From the NCBI GenBank assembly GCA_963835065.1, contig CAWIEK010000037.1, forward strand, positions 160,001-224,000: DNA of 64,000 bases, read 5' to 3'. A model generated the notes under the pieces. The model saw only the letters and a list, made by a program, of their open reading frames with translations. It did not search any database and was not told the DNA's origin. Position 1 is the first letter of the stretch. Each line of letters begins with the position of its first letter. Shown here in pieces: positions 48,998 to 59,613 of the stretch. A program made the translations under genes and the position numbers. The stretch comes from an uncultured Chthonomonadaceae bacterium (GTDB taxonomy: Bacteria > Armatimonadota > Chthonomonadetes > Chthonomonadales > Chthonomonadaceae).

Positions 48998-50670
48998 CTA
49001 TTCATCCTTCTCGTGTTTCGTCTCGATACCGAACATTTCATCAACAACCATATCTACTTCTTCAAGAGATGGCTGGTGATGTAAGAAGCGTTTGCCTAAT
49101 TCTTCAAGAGCATCCAGAGGGGGCAGGGGCATGGCCCGGAGTTCCGTTGCGCTTACCTGTGTGCTGCCGTTGAAGATGCGAAAGTATGTGTCCAGCAGGC
49201 GGCTGTTCAGCAATGCCGACAACCCCAATGCTTCCTCTTTGCTCATTTCGCCACCCGGACGGTAGATGTAATTCAGATGGTTTTCCAGCCCTAAATACTT
49301 GCCCGCCACAATTGTTTGCAGGTAGGGCGCGGCAATCAAGCGGCGATGCTGTTCTTTGGAACTGAACCGGCGCAATAGGACATAGTTTTTGTTCGGTACG
49401 AGCAGGGGTAATGCTTGTTCGTTGACCATGATGAACTGCGGCTTGCGGCTTGCCGTTCGCGGCCATTGCGCCTGCATCGCCTGCACATGCTGCATCCATA
49501 GCAACGGCGCGTGTGTTTCAGGAACACAGCCCTGTTCGCACAGCAATGGCACGGCGCGGAACGGCACAACCGGGCCGGTAGAAATGGCAAGGCCATGCGC
49601 GGACAAGCGGCCCGTCCAGCCATTGACAACATCCGCGAGGCGCTGTTCTTCCGTTTCCACAGGCACATGCAAAATCTTATCCGGGCTGTCATAGTCCAGC
49701 ACGTCGCGCAGGGAAACTTGCCGGTGAAAACAATCGGCAAGATCGTTCGCCCCGCTGCTCATAGAGATACGAACCTGCGCATTTTCATCACAATAGCGGG
49801 AGGGAGGCTGTTTCACTCCCACCAGAATAATGTTTTCCTGCAGCACTTCATCCCGCCCGAATGCTTCCTTGCGCGAGTCGAACAGATGGATCGCTTTTGG
49901 AACCACTTCGCCAAAGAAACTCTCCCGAAAACGCCGAAAATAGGGGCCGGAAGCGAAACTGCGCGGCGTGATAAAGATCAACTCCCCCTCCGGCTTGAGC
50001 AAACCCGCCGCCGATGCCCATGAAAAGCGCGTACATATTCGGCTGTCCATGCACAAACCGGGAAGCGGCAAGGGCGCGCGGATCGGAACCCGCAATCTTG
50101 AAATACGGCGGATTGCAGATCACAATGTCATAAGCGCGGGCGATGTTATTTGCGCGAGGCAATGTTACTTGCAGGAACAAGGTTTTCCGCAGGAGCAGGA
50201 TTTTCCATGCCGCCGAACAATCCCTGTTCCGCCCTAAACGCCGCCTGTTGCAGCAGAAAGTCGTCGGAATGAACATGGAATTTCAGCAGTACGCCTCGCT
50301 TGCGCAGCCAGTTTTCCAGATGGCGCAAACATAACTGCAAATAGCCGAGCAGTTGACTGTCCGTTTCAAAGGCGTCGAGTTCGATTTGGGTCGGCCTGTC
50401 CGGGCGCGAAGCCAGTTCTTCACAAAGGGCGCAGGCCAGTATTCCCGTTCCCGCGCCCGGATCAAGGATTCGCAGCGACCAACCCGAAACTGAACACAGC
50501 GACGCCATAAACCGCGCGACAGGCAGGGCGGTCAGATATTGCCCTCTGTCTTTTTTCACGTCCGCGCCCACGCCACTCGCGTACCATTGCCCCAGCCTGT
50601 CCGCATACTCTGCAGGCGTTTCTTCGGAACCTGCAATCGGAAACGCCGGTTTTTCTGCTGATACACGCAT
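48998..50670 (-). CDS. N6-adenine DNA methyltransferase, Eco57I/BsuBI type (frameshifts near 50230-50150 and 50015)
   Basis: GQYLT, LDPGAGTG, NPPY, QPNMYALF, ITPRSFASG, STGPVV.FR, RRFSSKE, ENHLN, NGSTQVSATEL. Confidence 0.9.
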
Positions 50671-50740
50671 GGGTAACTCACTCTTACCGGGTTCACATTT
50701 ACATTTCCTGCAGCCGATTCACGCCCCGGCTACACGGCGT

Positions 50741-52252
50741 TCACGGCGCGAACATATTCAATTTCATGATGACGCGGGAGCAATCTCAATCACGGAAGCG
50801 TGTTCCGTTCAGGGCATTGCCTGCCATGACCGGCTGTATCACTCATCGGGTGGAGTCGTGCGTGTTATGGGCGTGAATGTCCGCGTGGGACAACACCATT
50901 GCGGAAACGACGGGCGGCAGGCTGCCGCCGAAGAGCTTCAAGTCAACCGCCACTTCTTCCGTCGCGCTCGTGTTGGTCAGGGTCAGCGTTAGCGTCTTGT
51001 CCTTGATGCTTGCGGAACCGGAGAGGAGGGGCAGTTTTTGAGGTTTGCCGTTTACGGTCACGTCAACGGTGGGCGCGTCGCACAACAGCCGAACCGCCTG
51101 CCCGCCCTGATGATCCTTGTATATATGATAGACATGGTACGTGGGCGTTTTCAGCATCTTGTCGCCGTCCGTGAGCAGCAAGGCTTGCAGCACGTTGATG
51201 GTTTGCGCGATGTTGGTCATTACCACCTTGTCGGCATGGCGGTTGAAGATGTCGAGCGTGAGGGACGCGACGAGCGCGTCCCGCATCGTGTTCTGCTGCC
51301 AGAGGAACGCGGGATTTTGACCGGGCGCTGCGGGATGCCATGTGCCCCATTCGTCCACGATCAGGCCGATTTTGCGCTCCGGGTCGAAAGCGTCCATCAG
51401 GGCGCGCTGCTGCACGACAAGCGGCTCCATCTGAATGGCTTTCCACAGCAGTTCGTACCACTGCGCATCCGTGTACTCCGTTGCCGTGCCTGCCGTGCCG
51501 CAATAGTAGTGCGCGGCAAAGCCGTGTATCGGCGGATGATGCCCGTGATCTTTTTTCAGTTTGGTAAAGAACCGGCGCGTCCAGTCCAGATCGTTGGTGT
51601 TGGGGCCGCAGGCGATGAGATACAACGGGTCCGCGCCCCAGTTGCGCAGATAGGTGGCGAAACGGCGGTACTCCGTGCCGTAATCTTCCGGCGTAAAGTG
51701 CCCGCCGCAGCCCCAGTTTTCATTGCCCACACCCCAGTAGCGGATGTTGTACGGCGCGTCCTGTCCGTTCGCCCGCCGCTGCCGCGCCCATTCGCTGTCG
51801 CCGGGGAAGTTGCAGTATTCCACCCAATCGCGCATTTCGCGGGGGCTGCCGCTGCCCAGGTTGCCGCAAAAGTAGGGTTCCGCGCCCACCGCGCGGCAGA
51901 AATCCATGAATTCGTGCGTACCGAACTCGTTGGTTTCGATCACATCGCCCCAGTGGATGTTGATGCGGCGCGGGCGCTTTTCGCGCGGCCCAACCCCGTC
52001 AATCCAGTGGTAATCATCCGCAAAGCAGCCGCCCGGCCAGCGTATGAGCGGCGTTCCCACTTCGCGCAGCGCGGCGACCACATCGTTGCGCACTCCGCCC
52101 GTATGAGAAATCAGCGACTCGGTTCCCACCCAGCAGCCCTCGTCTATGCAGCCGCCCAGATGTTCCATAAAGTGGCCGTAAATGTTGGGGTTGATGGTTC
52201 CTATGGGTTCGTTGCAAAGCACGTTGACGGTAATAGTCGGCAAGTTCGGCAT
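50741..52252 (-). CDS. abfA: Alpha-L-arabinofuranosidase GH51 (3' end frameshifted)
   Basis: IYGHFMEHLG, RWPGGCFAD, WGVGNENWGCGG, VDEWGTWH, QQNTMRDA, NIAQTINVLQ. Confidence 0.92.
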
Positions 52253-52398
52253 GATAGCGCGGGTCTCCCTGTCTTTGATAGATTGAACAAAATGGTTTGT
52301 GGCTTGAATTTTGTCGTAGGCTGTTCCTCCGTTTATTCAACCCACACCCGGCGATTCCCTGCGTTGTTTCTTCCATTCTGCCCGTCTTCCAAAGTGAA

Positions 52399-52435
52399 AA
52401 ATCCCGGCTGACCTGTAAAGGTTAAGCCGGGATTT
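52399..52435 (-). terminator. Intrinsic terminator (minus strand)
   Basis: aaatcccggct / agccgggattt stem with a T-run on the minus strand. Confidence 0.6.
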
Positions 52436-52736
52436 AACTTGCGATATAAAAAGTCCTATATTTCGGGAACCAGGCGTCTCTCTCCCCCGTCATTCTCGAC
52501 AATGAGGCCCCGTTCCGTCTCATTGATGAGGCCTCGTTATGTCTCATAGGGACGTCCCATGATTTTGACGCGCGAAAACAGACGCTTTTTGCCATACTTC
52601 AGTTTTGGTATTTATGCCCGCCTGTTCTTTGCGCGTCAAAATTATGTCTGTTTCAGAAGGGTTGAGCGTTGAGCGTTAAGCGTTAAGAACACAAACTTAA
52701 TGCTGAACACTCTCACTCTCCACTGACCCCTGGCCC

Positions 52737-53123
52737 CTAACTCCTGACCCCTTCCGAATGTCCCTTCCGCAACGTGAGAAACCACGTATGGCGGCGCAAT
52801 TCGGCCTGTTCCGTAAACTGGATGCCGCACTCGTACCACGTCATGCCCGGTTCTTCCACAAGATGCTGCCGCACGATCCGCGCCCGGCCCACGCGCAGTT
52901 CCGTTGCCGGCGGCGGGTAGATCAGGATTTCACTGCCGCAGGGCATGCAAATCGGCATCCGAAGTTTCAGCCCTTTGCGGCTGATGTCCACGCATGGACA
53001 CTCGAAACTCCCCATCTGCGGATGCTCCACGCGCAGGGTTTTGGCGACGCAATTCTGGCGCAGCGCGTCGCGCCGGTCGTCTTCCAAAGTGCTTGTTATT
53101 TTTTTCGTGGCCGTAGTCGCCAT
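52737..53123 (-). CDS. PilZ domain protein
   Basis: RRDALR (RxxxR) and DISRKG (DxSxxG); C-terminal ECGIQF. Confidence 0.85.
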   Translation of the reverse strand: MATTATKKITSTLEDDRRDALRQNCVAKTLRVEHPQMGSFECPCVDISRKGLKLRMPICMPCGSEILIYPPPATELRVGRARIVRQHLVEEPGMTWYECGIQFTEQAELRRHTWFLTLRKGHSEGVRS

Positions 53124-53296
53124 TGTTTTACTCTCCCAAATTCAGGTGTTCAGGTATTCGGGTGTTCAGGTATTTGGTCGTACACAGAGAGTGTTCTGTT
53201 ACGTTCCCCATACGATACGTCCTATGATGATATGTTCCGCTTCCGGTTTGCTTTTCGGACGCGCGCGAGGTCGGCGCGCGTGTAAACGAGGGGGCA

Positions 53297-55199
53297 TTAT
53301 TTTTCTCCCTGTATCACTTTGATGGACAAGTCGGACTGCGTGGTCGTGACGCCCCAGATGGCGCGGTCACTCCAGACGTTGGTTCCCCAGATGGCGCGGC
53401 TGGCATTGAGTATGTTGGCGCTCACGCCCCAAATAGCCCGCGTTCCCCAGATTGCCCGCAGGTCGGTGACATCCGTTCCCCAGATCGCCCGCGTTCCCCA
53501 GATCGCGCGATCCATGTTGATATACACGTTGCCCTGATCGTCTACGGACAGGGACGGCGACAAGGCAGGCTGCGTGGCGACAATCGGGCTGCACAGGGCG
53601 GCGGGAATGTTGAGGAAACCCGCGCCATACGTGCAGGGGTCGGCATTGCCCTGCGCGTCCGCCCATTTGTCCGCCGCAAACATCAGGCGGGCTTTGATGG
53701 TGTCGGGCGTCAGGGCAGGGTTGGCTTGCAGCAGCAGCGCCGCCGCGCCGCTGACAACCGGCGTCGCCATCGAAGTTCCCGACAGCCGGATGTAATCTTT
53801 CGACGCTTTGCTGTCGCCTTTCACGATGTACTCGTTGTTCAGCACATTGGTTTGCGCGTTGAAGTTAAGGTCCAGATACGAGCCGGGAACGTTCAAAGAA
53901 ACAATGCGGTTGCCGGGCGCAACGATGTCGGGCTTCAGCGTCAAATCCAGGCGGGCCGGGCCGCGACTGGAGTAAGTCGCCACCGCGTCGTGGGGATGCT
54001 GGCCGTCTACGGATTTCATCGCGCCCACGGTAATCACATACGGATCGTTGCCGGGGCTGTCAATGGAGCCATAACTGGTGCCGTAACCTTCGTTGTCCGG
54101 CAGGGGCGGATCGGGCAGCGCGTCATTGGCGCGGCCATCGTTGCCTGCCGCGCACACCACCACAATTCCCGCCTTCCACGCCGCTTCCACCGCCTGGCAC
54201 AAAGGATCGTTGGCGGCCGTATCGCCCACCGGATGCCCCATAGACAGGTTCAGCACCCGAATGTTATAGGGGTTGTTGTTCTTAACGCTGTTGACGACCC
54301 ACGTAATGCCCGCCACAACCGTACTGACGTCACTTTGTCCGTTGGAATTCAGTACGCGCACATTGACAAGGGACGCTTTGGGCGCAATTCCGTAGTAGGT
54401 TTGCGTGTTGGTGCTCGTGTTCGAATTGCGCGCGTTGCCGGCAATGATGCCCGCCACATGCGTTCCATGCCCGCACTTGTCGTCGCCGGAACCCTTTGGG
54501 CCGTCAAATCGTTATCCGTAAGCCATGTCCAGGGATCAGGACGCGGGCCGGATTTCGGACCGGGATCATTGGCAGGGTCAACAAAGTTGACGTTGGCAAC
54601 AACGCGATCACCCTGAGATGTTCGATTTCAGTTTCGTGTCAAGAATATATTTGCACAAGTCGTCCGCCTGCGTCGTGAATACCACTGTCCAGAACCGCCA
54701 CGCCGACGCCTGTGCCATCCACTTTGTAAGGCGCAGCCCAGGCGGTTGCGGTTCCCGTCGCCGTCGTGGTAAACGTATCATATTTTCGGACAATGGCGTT
54801 GGACGACAGATGCTGTACAAAAGGCAGGGCCGCCAGTTTGTTCAATGCTTGAGTGGGAACGCGCACCGTCACCGAATGGATGAGCGGCAGTTTGCTTTGA
54901 ATGGACGCGCCGCAGGCCTTGAGCGCGGCTTCGCGTTCGGGAGTGCAGTCGCCGTCCAATCGCAAGATTACAGACGACCATCCGCCTTTTGTTGCTGTCA
55001 TCGCGCTCGATAAAAACCGATCCGTTTTGTCGCCGGTTTTTTCAGCGCGTACCGGCAGCGCAAGCCCGGCCAGCAGCAAGGCTATTGCTGCGCCCGCTGC
55101 GCCTGCGCCACCGCGTTTCTGTTTTCGAGGAAGGCAAGGGCCGTTTATCTGCCGGAACATATCCCCTGCGCGAACTTTTCTTATATACGTCATAACCAT
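53297..55199 (-). CDS. Secreted S8 (subtilisin/AprX-like) protease with C-terminal RAIWG repeats (frameshifts 54480-54660)
   Basis: Signal ..LPVRA, pro-domain, VAVLDSG, GHGTHVAG, AAGNDG, SGTSMATP; six RAIWG repeats. Confidence 0.85.
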
Positions 55200-55450
55200 A
55201 TTCCTTAATGTTTGAAAGTGAATCCAACAGGAAACTCGCCGGAATGGAGGCAAATCAAACCTCTGCTTGGTTATGCCGCGTTTGCGCGCGTTCGGGGGCT
55301 ATGATAATTGCGGGAAAAATAGGGTTTCAGGTTTCAGGTTTCAGGTGTCAGCAAGAACTGCTGTTGCCTGTTCCTTTGTGCAGGTCGTGGCAAGGCGTAC
55401 AAAGAACGGCCTGTCCCTGACACCTGACACCTGACACCTGACACCTTCCT

Positions 55451-57953
55451 CTATGCCGCTTTCAATTCCGGCCATTCGGTGACTTGCAGCGAAATGGCGC
55501 TCGCCTCAAGTTCGATGGCCTTGTCCGCGCTTTTTTCCCGGCCTGCGAGATTGCCCAGTTTTCGCTCCGTTTTCTGGTGGTACATCTGCGTATCCGCTGC
55601 GGAAAGCAGCGTGGCGCAATCGTCGCCATCCTGCGGGAAACAGGCTGCGCCGATACTGACGCCCAAATGCAGCGCGCCCAATTTCGGGTGTATCAAGTCG
55701 GGGTCATACGTTTCGACCGCATGTTGTAAGCGTTGCGCCAGTTCCGTCGCGCCCGCCTTGTCGCCCCCCTCCACCACGATCAAAAATTCATCGCCGCCAT
55801 ATCGCGCCACAATATCATTCGCGCCGACATGGGCGCAGAACAAGTGCGCCAGGTCCGCAAGCACCTTGATCGCCCTTTTGGTGTCCGAAGTTGTCATTGA
55901 TGGGCTTGAAACTGTCCAAATCCAGGCACAGCAGGGCAAACGGCGCGCGTTCGTCTCGGCGGCACTTTTCTTCCACCATCTGCGTCAGGTAGCGGATGTT
56001 GTACGCGCCCGTGAGTGGGTCGGTGAACGCATGGCCGCGCGTCCGGTCGAACAGCAGGCCGTTGTACAGCGCCATCGCCGCCCGCTCGGCAATGGTTTCC
56101 AGCAATTGCCGGTCATGGACGCTGAACGCTTCCTCTTCGGGCGAGTACAGGTTGATGGTTCCCAGCACTTCGCCCTGATGCACGATGCTGACGATCAAGG
56201 CGGTTTGAAATGTCACCCATTGTGCCGACTGCGAACTGGTCAGCAGCAAATCGTCCTGATCGTACTGCCCGACATACGTAGTCCGCGTGGCCGCCACCTG
56301 CATGGACGTGCAGCGCCCGTTCAGGGTGCGGGCTGTGGCGAGAAAGTCGTGGTTGAGTCCCACCGCCGCCCGCGCGCTCATCGCGTCCTCGCCCTCTGCT
56401 TTGAGCAGGAACACGCACGCGCCGCCGGGGAAAATCGCTTCCAGTTTGCGTGCCAGAATGTCAATGGTTTCCTGCAATCCCAGGCTGGAAGACAGGGTTT
56501 GCGCCACCTCGTACAGCGCCCACAGTTCCGAACTGGCGCGCTGAATGTCGCGGGCCGCGCCCTCCATTTTGGATTTCGGATTTTCGATTTTGGATTGTTG
56601 GGGAACCAATGGCCCTTCGCCCTGCTCGGCCATTTCCTGCACCACGCGGTCAATCACGAGCGAAAAAGCGTCCACGATCACGGGGTCGAAGTGCGTGCCC
56701 GCGTCCTTTTGGATCACGGCCAGGGCGCGTTCATGCGTCCATGCCGCGCGGTACGAGCGGGAACTGGTCAGGGCGTCGTACACGTCGGCAACCGCCAGAA
56801 TGCGCGCCGTGAGCGGGATATCCAGCCCAACTAATCCTTCCGGGTAGCCCGTGCCGTCCCATTTCTCGTGGTGGTACTTCACGGCGGGCAGAACCGGCCA
56901 GGGGAAATCCACCGGGTCCAGAATGGCCGCGCCGATTTCCGGGTGCTTCTTAATTTTTTCAAATTCCTCGTCGGTCAAGCGTCCCGGCTTGAGCAGCACG
57001 TATTCGGGAACGCCCAATTTGCCGATGTCGTGCAGCAATGCGCCCGTGTTCACGCCTTCAAGTTCCGCGCCCGTCAATCCCATTTGTACGGCAATGGCGA
57101 CGGCATAACGCTGCACCCGCAGAATGTGCTGGTGCGTATACTGGTCTTTGGCGTCAATGGCAAGGGCGAGACTCTTGATGGTGGCGAGATACAAGTCCGC
57201 CAGGTGCGCCTGATTGCGCTGCAGTTCCTCGATGTGGACGAGTTTTTCTTCCTGCCGTCCGATGTACGTGCTGTAAGACAGATAGGTGAGATACGCGACG
57301 GGAGACACGAACAGCAGAATAGCGATCACATGTTGCCCGAACAAAACCAGGGCGAGCGTACTGATACAGGCTCCGGCAAAATAGCTGGGCGCTGTCCATA
57401 AAAAAGTCTCTTTCCACAATTTAAAGGCGGGCTGTTCCGTACACAGCGAAATGATGAGGGCGACGCCGCCCGTGTTGATAATGAAGTTGGTCAGCGCCGC
57501 GCCGACAACCGCCATGAACGTTTCCACAGGGCGCATTTGCAGCGTGCCGCCATTCAGCCACAGAAATACCAGCCCCGCCAGCCAGCCTTCCAAAATCGCC
57601 AGGCACGAATTAAACGCCAGTTGATATAAAGGCTGCCGCTTGGGATACAGCCCGCCGAACAGACAAGAAACCATTGCCGTCAGCGCGCCCGCGCTCGGCC
57701 CGAAATGCAGCATGGCGGCAAACGAAATGGCAAACCCCAGCGACATAGACCCGGCATCTTCTTCGTGTTTATGGCGCATCAGGCAAATTTTTTTACCTCC
57801 GGCCAGCACCGCCAGCGCCATGAACACAACCAGTTCCCATGCCTGTGTTTTGGTGTGGGGAACCACTGTCGAGCAGGCATAAACGGCAGCCACCAGGCCG
57901 AGCAGGCAAACTGTCAACAAGTACAACTGTGCATGCTTTGGCAAACTACGCAT
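55451..57953 (-). CDS. Membrane-bound HD-GYP / GAF / GGDEF c-di-GMP enzyme (frameshift near 55875)
   Basis: Multi-TM N-terminus; [48 protein letters not shown]. Confidence 0.9.
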
Positions 57954-58287
57954 CGGAAATACCTCTTACCTTACTCTTTCACTTACATCTTCAAGTCAAT
58001 TTTATCTTCCACATATCTGCATCTTCAACTCTTGCAAGTTTTAGACCATGAACATGCCGGTTCATCCGAACACCTGAACACCAAATACCGAACACCAACA
58101 CTTTCAGTGCAGTTCGTTCGATTGTCAACACACTCTCCCTACTTCTTTAGCCTGAATTTCCAAAATATGCCGGAAAAAGCAAAGGTAAAATTTCAGGTTA
58201 AATTTGCCGGTTCGCGTGGAATAACTTCCGCAGTGAGTAACTTCATCCGTAAAATAACTTCATCCGTGAAAAGGAGTGACAAGCATC

Positions 58288-59151
58288 ATGTCGTCACACA
58301 ACTTACAGCCGCGCGTTCTCTCGCAGCACTCCGGACGCTTCAAACGCGCGTCCGTCAAGCATGGGTTCACGCTCATCGAACTGCTCGTCGTGATCGCCAT
58401 TATCGGCATTCTGGCAGCCATCTTATTCCCGGTCTTTGCCCAGGCGCGTGAGTCGGCGCGGGCGACGGCCTGCCTGTCCAATACCAAACAGGTCGGCATG
58501 GCGCTGACGCTGTATGTGCAGGACTATGACGAGAGCCTGCTCGCGTGGCGCAACTGTCCGGCACATGCGGCAAGCGGCGTCGCGGCCTGTTCGCTTGCCG
58601 ATCAAACCGCTTCGCTTTGGACCAATACCCTGCAGCCGTATCTCAAAAATCAGCAGGTCTTGCAGTGCCCGTCCTACGTGGAGGCAACTACCGCGCAGGC
58701 TATGGACGCTGATGACTGTGACGGGCCGGGCGCGTCGTCCGGCGTGTTCCCGACAGACGCCGTATTCGCCCATTACGGCCTGGCGTACCCGGCCACCTAT
58801 TATCCGGGCTGCGACACGACGGGCAGCATGGCCTACGCCCATTACGCCGCAAGCGGCTGGACAACGGACGCGAACGGCAATTACGGTTTTGTCACGCAAA
58901 CACTGCCCTCCGTGGTTTCGGCAGCCCGTACCGCGATGGTCATAGACGCGCTCACCTTCCAAAAGCATGACGGGAGCGGCCCCTATGTCGGCATGTTGTA
59001 CGGCTGCGAGGGACGCTTTCGGCACAAGGGCGGAGCCAACCTGACGTTTCTGGACGGACACGCCAAATGGATCAGCAACAACCCGGAACGCCATCTGGAG
59101 CAGGACGAATCCGGCTGCTACTTCGAGCGCTACTTCACCTCGGACAAATAA
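58288..59151 (+). CDS. Prepilin-type N-terminal cleavage / DUF1559 / H-X9-DG protein
   Basis: [46 protein letters not shown]. Confidence 0.92.
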   Translation: MSSHNLQPRVLSQHSGRFKRASVKHGFTLIELLVVIAIIGILAAILFPVFAQARESARATACLSNTKQVGMALTLYVQDYDESLLAWRNCPAHAASGVAACSLADQTASLWTNTLQPYLKNQQVLQCPSYVEATTAQAMDADDCDGPGASSGVFPTDAVFAHYGLAYPATYYPGCDTTGSMAYAHYAASGWTTDANGNYGFVTQTLPSVVSAARTAMVIDALTFQKHDGSGPYVGMLYGCEGRFRHKGGANLTFLDGHAKWISNNPERHLEQDESGCYFERYFTSDK

Positions 59152-59200
59152 TTTTGGATAAACAGTTCTGGATGAATAATCAAGGAAGAGGAAGCCAACA

Positions 59201-59380
59201 ATGTTCTCACAAACCAAACAAGTAACGACGCCGCGAACGACAAAATGGATTTTGCTTCCCGTTGTCGCCTTCACCTTCAGCCTGATGGCAGGCTGCAAAA
59301 CGCAAACCGCCGATGCGTCCGATCCCGACCCGCACTACTACAAGGGCGCGAACTTTCGTGGCAAGCCGAGGAAAGTGTGA
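59201..59380 (+). CDS. Small lipoprotein (59 aa), not in the ORF track
   Basis: MFSQTKQVTTPRTTKWILLPVVAFTFSLMAGCKTQTADASDPDPHYYKGANFRGKPRKV*; lipobox MAGC; GAGG RBS. Confidence 0.7.
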   Translation: MFSQTKQVTTPRTTKWILLPVVAFTFSLMAGCKTQTADASDPDPHYYKGANFRGKPRKV

Positions 59381-59613
59381 AGGTGGAGTCGGTGTCGGGT
59401 GTCGGGTGTCGGGTGTTGGGACAATGGTTATTCGTGCTGAGGTAAACTTCTATACTTTCCCATCTCCTGAACACCCGAACACCCGAATACCCTCCCTATG
59501 CGGTAAACTGCACGGTAATGATCTGTTTTTGCCCGTAAGAAAGGCCGCTGCCGCATGAATGCAAATACGAACTAGCGATCGTTCCGTCCGTCCTCTTCGG
59601 ACAGCCTGAAACC

